The notes under the pieces were generated by a model. The model was not told where the DNA came from, did no database searches, and saw only the letters and a list, made by a program, of their open reading frames with translations. DNA of 42,070 nucleotides, taken from IMG/VR virus record IMGVR_UViG_3300037483_000641, positions 1-42,070 of that record. One strand, written 5' to 3'. Each line of letters begins with the position of its first letter. The stretch's first letter is position 1. Positions 34,257 to 42,070 of the stretch are shown one piece after another. The translations under genes were made by a program, and so were the position numbers. Source of the DNA: a virus (taxonomy: Duplodnaviria; Caudoviricetes).

Positions 34257-35834
34257 TCACAAAAACACCTTGGAAATGTGATCACTTAACAGCTTGTGCA
34301 CTCGTTCAGACGACTCGTTGAAATAACAGTGCCCAAACAATTGCTTTTCGACATTCTCCTTGCGCATCCAAGAAGTCTTCATACGATCTAGCTGGGGACT
34401 CCAGATCATGAACGTGGGGATGCCGAACTCCTCAGACAGCATGCACAACCCGCTTTGGTAAGCAATGAAGTACTTGGCGTTCTGAATGACATACATCGTC
34501 TCGCGGATCTCATTGAACAGCTTGTAGCAATCTGCTCGATCTCCAATCGCGTCGATGATCTCGTCGGTCTTCCACTCATCATATGCTGCTCCAGTGAACA
34601 CAATGTCATCAACGTCAAGCTGATCGGCAGCATCAAGGATCATGGTGACCCAATCGCTAGTAGTTAGCTGAAATGTACCATCATGTCTACTAGATCCACT
34701 GGCATAAACAAGTAGATACTTCTCAGGAAGATCTTTTACTGGAGTTGACTCTAAGCCGATGTTCCAGAGAACTTTGGTATCAGGTTCAATGTCATCTATC
34801 TGTACACCATCTTCAAGCCACTTGTTCACAGCATAAACGAATTCTTTCTTACCGGTGAACAGCTCACCAAGAGTGTACTTACCGTGAGCAACTTCTTCAT
34901 AGAACCAAGGCTGAGCTAACCTAAAGCTTACACCTTTACACTTAGGAAGAGTCCACAAGAATGACTTACTTCTCATCTGCACCGGGTGAGGTGCAGTAAT
35001 CAAGATGTTGAACTTGATACCATCAACATACGGAGCAATCTTTCGGTATACCCACATCAAGTCACCAATCCCTTGCACTGAATTAACAGACACTATCTTT
35101 TCTGCTTTCAATGTAGGCAGAACTTTTTCCTTCGGGACGAAGATGAAGTTGTAGACACCCTCAGGGGGTTCGAAGCAGCCATAGTCACTCAGTAGATTGA
35201 GATATCTGGTTGTGCGATCAAACCAGTAAACATCATAGTCGATCGCCTTCAGAGCTGCAAAGACGAGAGGGTTGTTCACTACCTCAATTAGGAGAATGGG
35301 ACGGTTCTTCATGATCGTCAGAGATGCTCCGCTGAGAACTTCAAGTTCATGTCCCTCAACGTCGATCTTGATGATCTTCACGTTGCTAAAGTTGAAGTCA
35401 TCTAACGGCTTCGTTTGGACGTCGATCATCTGAACTTTCTGACCATCTACCGCATCTCTGGTAGAATGTAGATAGTCAAGCCATTCTTTCGATAGAGTGG
35501 AGAGACCGGTATTCGCATCATTAAGATCAGCATCATAGGGAACGTATAGCTTCTTAACTTCACTCTTAGAAGACAGAGCTACGTCGTGCACCTTAACATC
35601 AAACTTCTCAAGCTCTTTGAGCTGAGTTAATGCCGTTGGGTTAGGCTCGAAGGCATGGATCTCCTTGACCCCGAGGCTCTTGAAGAAGAAGGAGATGTCA
35701 CCGATGTTAGCCCCGACGTCAAGTGCTATCCCGTCAGTGAACAGATCCTTGATCGTGTCAAGGTATAACAACTCAGGCATTCCACCACCTTCGTAGGCTT
35801 CAAGGTGGGTTTCATACTTAGCAGTGATGTCCAT
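34257..35834 (-). CDS. FkbM-family methyltransferase fused to a GT9-like glycosyltransferase domain
   Basis: LDVGANIG, AFEPNP, KIDVEGHE; C-half QGIGDL...FIAYQSGL...FGIPT. Confidence 0.8.
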   Translation of the reverse strand: MDITAKYETHLEAYEGGGMPELLYLDTIKDLFTDGIALDVGANIGDISFFFKSLGVKEIHAFEPNPTALTQLKELEKFDVKVHDVALSSKSEVKKLYVPYDADLNDANTGLSTLSKEWLDYLHSTRDAVDGQKVQMIDVQTKPLDDFNFSNVKIIKIDVEGHELEVLSGASLTIMKNRPILLIEVVNNPLVFAALKAIDYDVYWFDRTTRYLNLLSDYGCFEPPEGVYNFIFVPKEKVLPTLKAEKIVSVNSVQGIGDLMWVYRKIAPYVDGIKFNILITAPHPVQMRSKSFLWTLPKCKGVSFRLAQPWFYEEVAHGKYTLGELFTGKKEFVYAVNKWLEDGVQIDDIEPDTKVLWNIGLESTPVKDLPEKYLLVYASGSSRHDGTFQLTTSDWVTMILDAADQLDVDDIVFTGAAYDEWKTDEIIDAIGDRADCYKLFNEIRETMYVIQNAKYFIAYQSGLCMLSEEFGIPTFMIWSPQLDRMKTSWMRKENVEKQLFGHCYFNESSERVHKLLSDHISKVFL

Positions 35835-35835
35835 T

Positions 35836-36483
35836 TTAGACCCTCGTGAAGTAATAGCTCATAATGCTCTCGCGTCCAAGCTGGGTTTCACAGTCACTGG
35901 TGTCCTTACATACAAAACCGAAGAGGTCCATGTAGTTCTTGATTCCGGTATCTGTGAAATACCAGATGTGTTCGCCAGGCTTCAAGTGCTTTGACTTGAG
36001 ACATGCGGCAGCGTCGGAGTAGATCGGAGTCGAGACGAATACATGCTTCGCGTTCTTCAAGATGTCGGTCGGATCTTCTATGTGTTCAAGAACGTCCCAG
36101 AACGTCAAGACCTGAAACGGTGAAATGTCATCTACGTAGTAACCGTGTTGCTTGAGCCACTCATTAGCGACTGGGTTGACGTCGGTTCCCTTACACTTGA
36201 CAGTATCTACAAATTGACCGTTACCGACACCGACATCACAGAGACTGGTCATAGAACCGAGATTCTTCTTGACGAAGTTGATTCGCGCCTGAGTAAGTTT
36301 TTCACCTACGTCTCCGACACCATACTTCTGGTAGATCTCCCAGTAGGCTTCACCGTACTCATAGCCATCGGACTTTAGGTGCCCGATACCGATTCCAGTC
36401 AACCAGTTCAACAGATGAGTCGTCTTGTCAACCGCATAGATCTCTACTAGATCATGATAATTGTCTCTGATCTTTTCAAACAT
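35836..36483 (-). CDS. class I SAM-dependent methyltransferase
   Basis: DVGVGNG, GTDVNP, TFWDVLEHIEDP, EHIWYF. Confidence 0.85.
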   Translation of the reverse strand: MFEKIRDNYHDLVEIYAVDKTTHLLNWLTGIGIGHLKSDGYEYGEAYWEIYQKYGVGDVGEKLTQARINFVKKNLGSMTSLCDVGVGNGQFVDTVKCKGTDVNPVANEWLKQHGYYVDDISPFQVLTFWDVLEHIEDPTDILKNAKHVFVSTPIYSDAAACLKSKHLKPGEHIWYFTDTGIKNYMDLFGFVCKDTSDCETQLGRESIMSYYFTRV

Positions 36484-37417
36484 TATAGTGTCCTTCTCTT
36501 AATTGAATGTCTCTGATAAACTTGAAGAATTGATCATCAAGGTTACTAATTCTCTTGTCGCAATCATGATCATTCAGCTGACAGCGACAGAAGTTGTCCG
36601 GTAAAGCCCAACCGATCTTCGTCAAATCCATTCGAAGATCAAATAACTTATGAGGGTTGTCAAACCGCCCTCGACCGCCGAAGATGATGAAAAGATTAGT
36701 CTGTGCTGCAACCCCAGCCGGGAGAACGAAGCTAGGTCCACCGATGATCAAGTCAGCCGATTTGAAGAGACTCAACATCTTATCCATGCTGAGCTCACCA
36801 CGATGGTACTTTTCATGGGCTAAAGGTTCACCTCCGTGGATAATCCACTCTTCTCGATCTTCACAGTCTGCAACTGAAATGACATGCCAGCCCATGTCCA
36901 TCAAGATCTTCGCACACCAAGGAATGTAGTTTTCCTTCGGAGCTCGAGAAGTGTTCGCCCACTCACGCCGAACTGTTGAAGGTCGAACTACTGCTACTTT
37001 CTTGTTAGTTGGTAAATCTAGACCGTGGTGAGGTAGAATCGGAAGATCAAACACTGGACGAGTTGAACCGATCTCATGACCAAAGCACTGCTCGAGGTGA
37101 CAGACGATACCGTGACTGCGGATATCTTGATACGTGTAGAAGAAGTCTATTTCTCGATCCCAAGTTTCGGGATATTCAACAAATTCTACATTAGATTGCT
37201 TTAACATCTTACCCTGAGTACGCAAGGTGCCGTCAGGTTTGATCTCGAGAAATTTTACATCAAGATCTTCAAAGATGAAGGGAAGAGGAGTGTGCAAATA
37301 CACATCATTGTTCTCGTCTTCTGCCAACATCTTGACAAAGGGACGAGCATAGATCGTGTCACCGATCCCGTGCATGCAACGAACAAAAATTTTTTTTTTC
37401 ATAGGAGAAAAATTCAT
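36476..37417 (-). CDS. GT9 (heptosyltransferase-like) glycosyltransferase
   Basis: MHGIGDTIYARP N-motif; ADLIIGG.S...AGVA....LFIIFGG GT-B C-motif; start could be 37402. Confidence 0.7.
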   Translation of the reverse strand: MNFSPMKKKIFVRCMHGIGDTIYARPFVKMLAEDENNDVYLHTPLPFIFEDLDVKFLEIKPDGTLRTQGKMLKQSNVEFVEYPETWDREIDFFYTYQDIRSHGIVCHLEQCFGHEIGSTRPVFDLPILPHHGLDLPTNKKVAVVRPSTVRREWANTSRAPKENYIPWCAKILMDMGWHVISVADCEDREEWIIHGGEPLAHEKYHRGELSMDKMLSLFKSADLIIGGPSFVLPAGVAAQTNLFIIFGGRGRFDNPHKLFDLRMDLTKIGWALPDNFCRCQLNDHDCDKRISNLDDQFFKFIRDIQLREGHYNV

Positions 37418-37496
37418 CGTTCTATAGTATAATATGGTCGCCTATTGTAGACCGGGCAAGACGGCCACCTCTTCCTACCAAAGGTGGGTGAGCAAA

Positions 37497-38030
37497 TTAA
37501 GTCAATGCAAGACCGTAAGCTGCGTTCACCGCATCACGAGCAAGTACTCGGAACTGTTCCATCGTTTGTGTCAGAGTGGGGCCGGTACCGAACAAGTACA
37601 GAACTTCTACCAAGAAGCTTGTCGTGACATTTGGAGAGCCTTGAGTTTGAGGTTCTCCACCAAATGAAACAGTAGTCGGCAGATATGTAAAGCTAACTTG
37701 TCCTGCGGCTGGTAGAGGTTGACCCATGCGAGTACCACCTGCGATCGTCGCGGTTCCGGTCCCAGAACCTATACCCATATAGCCGTAAGCCGGGGTACCA
37801 GTACATGTAAATGTCGTACCTACAGTATTATCTGGCGAACCGATTAAAGTGAAGTCAGTTGTTCCAGCAGACGCAATTGTATATTGAATTCCTGGTATGA
37901 AGTTTGGTGCCGTCACCGCGGTGTCATCATAGTACCAGTATTGGGGAATCATCGAGACGAGAGTGAACACGTCGTATCGAGGAGTAGTAGTTCCCTGAAG
38001 TAGTAAAATTGTTCCAGTTCTGGCAGTCAT
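37497..38030 (-). CDS. virion structural protein
   Basis: YTIASAGTTDFTLIG...TVGTTFT.TG tail-type repeat; AAGGAGG RBS; TAAATA box at 38061-38066. Confidence 0.7.
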   Translation of the reverse strand: MTARTGTILLLQGTTTPRYDVFTLVSMIPQYWYYDDTAVTAPNFIPGIQYTIASAGTTDFTLIGSPDNTVGTTFTCTGTPAYGYMGIGSGTGTATIAGGTRMGQPLPAAGQVSFTYLPTTVSFGGEPQTQGSPNVTTSFLVEVLYLFGTGPTLTQTMEQFRVLARDAVNAAYGLALT

Positions 38031-38063
38031 TTGACAGCCTCCTTAAAATTTTGATAAGACTAT

Positions 38064-38276
38064 TTACAACGCGGCGATGAACTCATTTATCTTTGCCATG
38101 AAGTTCCGGTCTTCTTCTTCGGCAATGAAGACTCCGATCATCCTACGACCGCCGTTATCTAGTGTCTTGATCGGATCAAGTTTTTGATCAGTTAGAGTGC
38201 GAGTAAATGACTGCAACTGGTCATCGGGAGAGATGACGAAGTGGTAGTAGTAATAAGTGTTAGCTTTCTTCTTCAT
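38064..38276 (-). CDS. hypothetical protein
   Basis: ATGA-coupled to nrdB. Confidence 0.6.
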   Translation of the reverse strand: MKKKANTYYYYHFVISPDDQLQSFTRTLTDQKLDPIKTLDNGGRRMIGVFIAEEEDRNFMAKINEFIAAL

Positions 38277-39283
38277 TTTGCTTCCTCGCTCAAAGAGGCT
38301 GCACCCCAAACGTCATTCCAAGAACCAGTCAGAGCTCCTTTAGAATAGCTTGACTCAGTCTGCTCGAAGAAGTTCGAGTGTGATTGCAGTACGGTCATCT
38401 CGTCTACCCACGGTAGCGGATTCTTCTTAACTTTGAAGATTCCTTTCAAGCCCAAACCAATCAATCTGCGGTCGGAGATGTAACGGATGTACTGGTGCAT
38501 GTCTTCCTTGCTTAAACCTTCCATTCCACCTTGCTCGTATGCCAGGTCGATGAATTTGTCCTCAAGCTCGACCATCTTCTCGGCGATGGTATAGAGCTGT
38601 GACTTCAGATCATCATTCCAAACGTCGGGATTTTCCTTGACGAAGGTGCGGAATAACTTGGTCATCGCCTCGACGTGAATGTCTTCGTCGAGGATCGACC
38701 AGGTCACGATCTTCACCATTCCTGGCATCAAGCCCTGCCGCCCGAAGTTCAACAGCATCGCGAAGGAGCTGAACAGTTGCATTCCCTCGGTGAAGGCCGA
38801 GACAGCAGTCATCTGTTGGATGATGTATTTCTTGTCCTTGCCCTCAATATCATCAAAGTACCTCTGCTTAGCAGCCATTGCCTCATACTCGAGAAACTCG
38901 TTGAAGATCTTGTCAGGAAGACCTAATGTTTCAATCAAGTGTGCATACGCAGCGATGTGAATCGCTTCACGAGCAGCAAAAGATAGCAGCATCATCCTAA
39001 CCTCAGGTTGAGGGAACGTTGGCAGATAGTTCTTGACGTAGGCTCCTGCTACCGAGATGTCACCTTGAGTAAACAAACGGAAGATCTGCAGCAAGAAGTT
39101 CTTCTGTCCCTTCGTCAGCTTGTTATTCCAGTGATCGATGTCATTCTGCATCGGGATCTCTTTCGGAAGCCAGTGAATTCCCTCATGTTTTTCCCACATC
39201 TCAAAGCACCAGGGGTATTTGAATGGCTTAAATGAGTGACGTTCATCAGTCAGTTTTAACTTTACATGTGTGTTCATATTCAT
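38273..39283 (-). CDS. nrdB: ribonucleotide reductase class Ia beta subunit
   Basis: FTQGD, REAIH..AY (radical Tyr), TEG, DEDIH, NFFE. Confidence 0.95.
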   Translation of the reverse strand: MNMNTHVKLKLTDERHSFKPFKYPWCFEMWEKHEGIHWLPKEIPMQNDIDHWNNKLTKGQKNFLLQIFRLFTQGDISVAGAYVKNYLPTFPQPEVRMMLLSFAAREAIHIAAYAHLIETLGLPDKIFNEFLEYEAMAAKQRYFDDIEGKDKKYIIQQMTAVSAFTEGMQLFSSFAMLLNFGRQGLMPGMVKIVTWSILDEDIHVEAMTKLFRTFVKENPDVWNDDLKSQLYTIAEKMVELEDKFIDLAYEQGGMEGLSKEDMHQYIRYISDRRLIGLGLKGIFKVKKNPLPWVDEMTVLQSHSNFFEQTESSYSKGALTGSWNDVWGAASLSEEAK

Positions 39284-41184
39284 CCTTCGCACGCGATGCA
39301 GGTTTCACCAGCAGCGATGTCTTTGAGTAGTTGAATGTCATCTTCAAGCTTTTGTCTAACGACTTTCTTACTGACGGAAGTATTGTGCAGCTTCTCGGAA
39401 CGACAGTAGTAGAGAGTCTTCAAACCTTTTCGCCAGGCCGCGAAGTGAATCGCGTGGAGTCGGGCGATCGTGATCGTAGGCTCTATGAACAAATTGATTG
39501 ACTGGGCTTGATCGATGTAGTTTTGACGATCGCCTGCATGTTCGATGATCCAGAGGTTGTTGATCTCAGAAGCGGTCTTGAAAACTTCCTTGTCTTCGAC
39601 GTTCATCCACTTGAGTTGTTGAACAGAACCAGCTGCGTTAACGATCTCTTGCCATTGTTCATCGACCCAAGCTTCAACATCTTCTCCTTCTAGGTTCTTT
39701 GGGGTATATCCTCTGATGACTTTGTCTAAGAACTTGTTCTTCTGAGTATACGATCCGCTCATGGTGTCCTGACGGAAGGCGTTTGCTCTCCACGGCTCGA
39801 CGCTAGGAGAAGTGTTGCCACAGATAAGACTGTTTGAAGCAGTTGGAGCAAGCGCCATCAGATGAGTGAAGCGTAGACCGGTTCCCTCGAGGAGAGGCGG
39901 AGATCCACGCTCTGCACCCAGCTTGACGTTGGCATTATCAAGCATCTTTCGGTAAGTCTTGAAGATGTTGTTGTTGATCGACTTGGCTATCGCACACTCA
40001 AATGGGATGTTCTTAGACTGGAGGTATGAGTGGAATCCCATCACTCCGAGCCCAATCGAGCGTTCACGCCTCGCGGAGTTGATCGCGCGTTGGATCTCTT
40101 TAGGAGCATGCTCGATGAAGTACGTCATAACGTTGTCCATCATCTCCGCAATATCAAGGAAGAACTGCTCATTGTCCTTGTACTCGTTCCAGTACTCAAG
40201 ATTAATCGAGCTAAGACAGCAGACAGCAGAGTTCTCAGCGTCGGTCGCTAGAGTGATCTCGGAGCAGAGATTGCTGTGGTGAACTTTTAGACCGAGCTTC
40301 TTGTAAGCTTCAGGAGCACTATTGTTCACTGTGTCACTGAAGAAGACATACGGTTCACCGCGACCCGCTCCTGCTCGAAGCTCTAACAGCTTCTCCCAGA
40401 GTTCCTTCGCGGAGACAACTTCTTTAACTGTACCCGAATGCGGCTCGATCAGTTCCCAAGAATCATCCGCGTTCTTATCATACATACAGCGTTCAATAAT
40501 CTGCATGAACTTGTCAGGGATATTCACAGCATTGTGAAGATTCAAGCACTTGCGATTGGGGTCGCCTGTAACCTTGCGCATGTCAAGGAACTCGATGATT
40601 TCCGGATGACTTATGTCCATGTAGACAGCGTAAGAACCGCGGCGTGTAGTTCCTTGTTTGTAAGCGAGAGAAGCTGCGTCGTACGTCTTCATGTGAGGGA
40701 TCACACCAACAGACTTCTCATCCTGCCCGCGGATGCCGAAGTAGAGTCCTACACCGCCACCCAACATCGACATCCAGTTAGCTTCCGACAGAGTGTCAAC
40801 TAGACCGGAGCTAGTGTCAGGTACGTAGGGAAGAAAGCAGCTGATGGGGAGTCCACGCTTGTTTCGTCCGAAGGAGAGGATAGGAGTTGAGTAGCCGAAC
40901 CAGTGCTTCGAGGAGTAATAGTAGAGACGTTGTGAGTGAGCTAGATCGGTTCCGAATGCGGCCGACACAAAAGCATAACGATGCTGTGGTGAGGTTTCTC
41001 CTGCCATGAAGTAGGAGTCGCGAATTCGGTCAAGGCTGATCTTGTCAAAAAGTGAATCTCGAGAGGAGTCGATCGTGATTTGCTTTGCTTTTGCTTTTGT
41101 TTGCTCGATAAACTTGCTAGATTGTTTCATCTTGGCTTGCATGTTGAAGATTGTTCCGGAGCGGTTAAGCTCCGGAAACGTCAA
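39280..41184 (-). CDS. nrdA: ribonucleotide reductase class Ia alpha subunit
   Basis: PISCF, SNLCSE, APTAS, TLYY, C-terminal CIAC; start may be 41142 or 41130. Confidence 0.95.
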   Translation of the reverse strand: MTFPELNRSGTIFNMQAKMKQSSKFIEQTKAKAKQITIDSSRDSLFDKISLDRIRDSYFMAGETSPQHRYAFVSAAFGTDLAHSQRLYYYSSKHWFGYSTPILSFGRNKRGLPISCFLPYVPDTSSGLVDTLSEANWMSMLGGGVGLYFGIRGQDEKSVGVIPHMKTYDAASLAYKQGTTRRGSYAVYMDISHPEIIEFLDMRKVTGDPNRKCLNLHNAVNIPDKFMQIIERCMYDKNADDSWELIEPHSGTVKEVVSAKELWEKLLELRAGAGRGEPYVFFSDTVNNSAPEAYKKLGLKVHHSNLCSEITLATDAENSAVCCLSSINLEYWNEYKDNEQFFLDIAEMMDNVMTYFIEHAPKEIQRAINSARRERSIGLGVMGFHSYLQSKNIPFECAIAKSINNNIFKTYRKMLDNANVKLGAERGSPPLLEGTGLRFTHLMALAPTASNSLICGNTSPSVEPWRANAFRQDTMSGSYTQKNKFLDKVIRGYTPKNLEGEDVEAWVDEQWQEIVNAAGSVQQLKWMNVEDKEVFKTASEINNLWIIEHAGDRQNYIDQAQSINLFIEPTITIARLHAIHFAAWRKGLKTLYYCRSEKLHNTSVSKKVVRQKLEDDIQLLKDIAAGETCIACEG

Positions 41185-41278
41185 GGAAAGCCTTGGCTTG
41201 ACTTAATTCTGGTTACTGCTATGATATGTTATAGTGATTCTATCATCTTCCTAGAGAGACGGATATTTATCCAAGCTC

Positions 41279-42070
41279 TCAGAAGGAAAGAAGCGTACTC
41301 TTCTGTACGTCGATCTTCTTGTTGAGATTGCACTGCATCAAGAAGTTTGAGTTGCTGATGTTTGCCTTACCATCAAGGAATTTTAGGACTTCATTTGCCA
41401 TGTCGGTACCGGTACAAACTGGGACATTCTGACAGATGTTGTTAGTAGCTCCGGTGACTAGTTCAAAGTCATGAGGTAGACCCATCATGTGCATACATTC
41501 TCGAGTAGTCAGCACACGATCCTTCGTCGGGTGAATCGCGTAGAGAGTTCGACTGATGAGAGTAGCCATTACTTCAGTTGACTGGTAGATCGGAAATGAA
41601 CCATCCCAGAAACCCCCTTTGGTGTTGACCTTGTTAATAACACGTTCAGCTTCACGATAATGTTTGTCATGACCGTTTGCCTTCATCCAGTCACGCGCTT
41701 CTTCAAGTTGTTTGGTTAGCAGCAGATAGGTCAGTAGAGTGAAGCCGTTTCGTCCGGTCTCTTTCAGCCACTTGCGCATGTCGTTGATCCCTTGGCCGTT
41801 ATACTTGTGCTGTAGGAACATGATGTACGGGTTGGTCAAGAGGTGACGTTCTGCTTCTGCAAGATCAGCAGCAGAATGATGTAGAACGTTGTCAGGGACT
41901 GTGTCAAGATAATCGGCAAAGGCCAGACGAGGCTTGTCATAGTAGTCAAAAATCGGTGCATTCGAATCTCTCCAGAAGAAGTAAAACGTGCGCTTTCTGG
42001 TCTGCGGGATACCGTGTAACATCGTGTTAGTTCGGTAGATCGAGAATGAGTAACCGTTCTTCTCTGCTTG
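41279..42070 (-). CDS. C5 cytosine DNA methyltransferase, 3' part (5' end outside window)
   Basis: Motif VIII HGIPQTRKRTF, IX RVLTTRECMHMMGLP, X QNVP; frame open to the window end. Confidence 0.8.
   Translation of the reverse strand, partial: QAEKNGYSFSIYRTNTMLHGIPQTRKRTFYFFWRDSNAPIFDYYDKPRLAFADYLDTVPDNVLHHSAADLAEAERHLLTNPYIMFLQHKYNGQGINDMRKWLKETGRNGFTLLTYLLLTKQLEEARDWMKANGHDKHYREAERVINKVNTKGGFWDGSFPIYQSTEVMATLISRTLYAIHPTKDRVLTTRECMHMMGLPHDFELVTGATNNICQNVPVCTGTDMANEVLKFLDGKANISNSNFLMQCNLNKKIDVQKSTLLSF

Noticed and set aside
38273-41184. Intron or intein in nrdA/nrdB
   Set aside because: Both ORFs are continuous, compact and have their motifs in the normal order.
1-42070. Alternative genetic code (stop reassignment)
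   Set aside because: Conserved genes are full length in the standard code, and TAA, TGA and TAG all end genes at expected positions.

Overview
42-kb segment of a large lytic dsDNA tailed phage (jumbo/T4-superfamily-like myophage). The host is probably a betaproteobacterium, inferred from the SmpB sequence. Genes are dense and mostly on the - strand, in the standard genetic code. Two promoter classes recur: about 14 sigma70-type early promoters (GTTTAC-N17/18-TATAAT, embedded in a ~45-bp dispersed repeat) and about 11 T4-late-like (A)TAAATA boxes in front of virion-like genes. Recognisable genes: clamp loader large and small subunits, GroES, SmpB, dCMP deaminase, NrdA/NrdB, a partial C5 DNA methyltransferase, MazG-like NTPase, a minimal ligase-type nucleotidyltransferase, a metallophosphoesterase, an NDP-sugar epimerase, an SLT transglycosylase, a MoxR-vWA pair, two intact homing endonucleases and one remnant. 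Most notable observations: (1) a minimal DnaE-like polymerase split into two sequence-contiguous genes 13.5 kb apart; (2) a glycosyltransferase/methyltransferase operon nested among Thr/Gly-rich late structural genes, with an A10 tract at its start (possible switchable virion glycosylation); (3) phage SmpB with a nearby S4-like protein; (4) a stand-alone homologue of the eukaryotic EXD2 C-terminal HNH domain; (5) internal-head-protein-like genes including an ART-fold candidate; (6) a mini-pilin; (7) several unexplained RNA/DNA structures. All calls come from motif recognition by eye; no searches were run.
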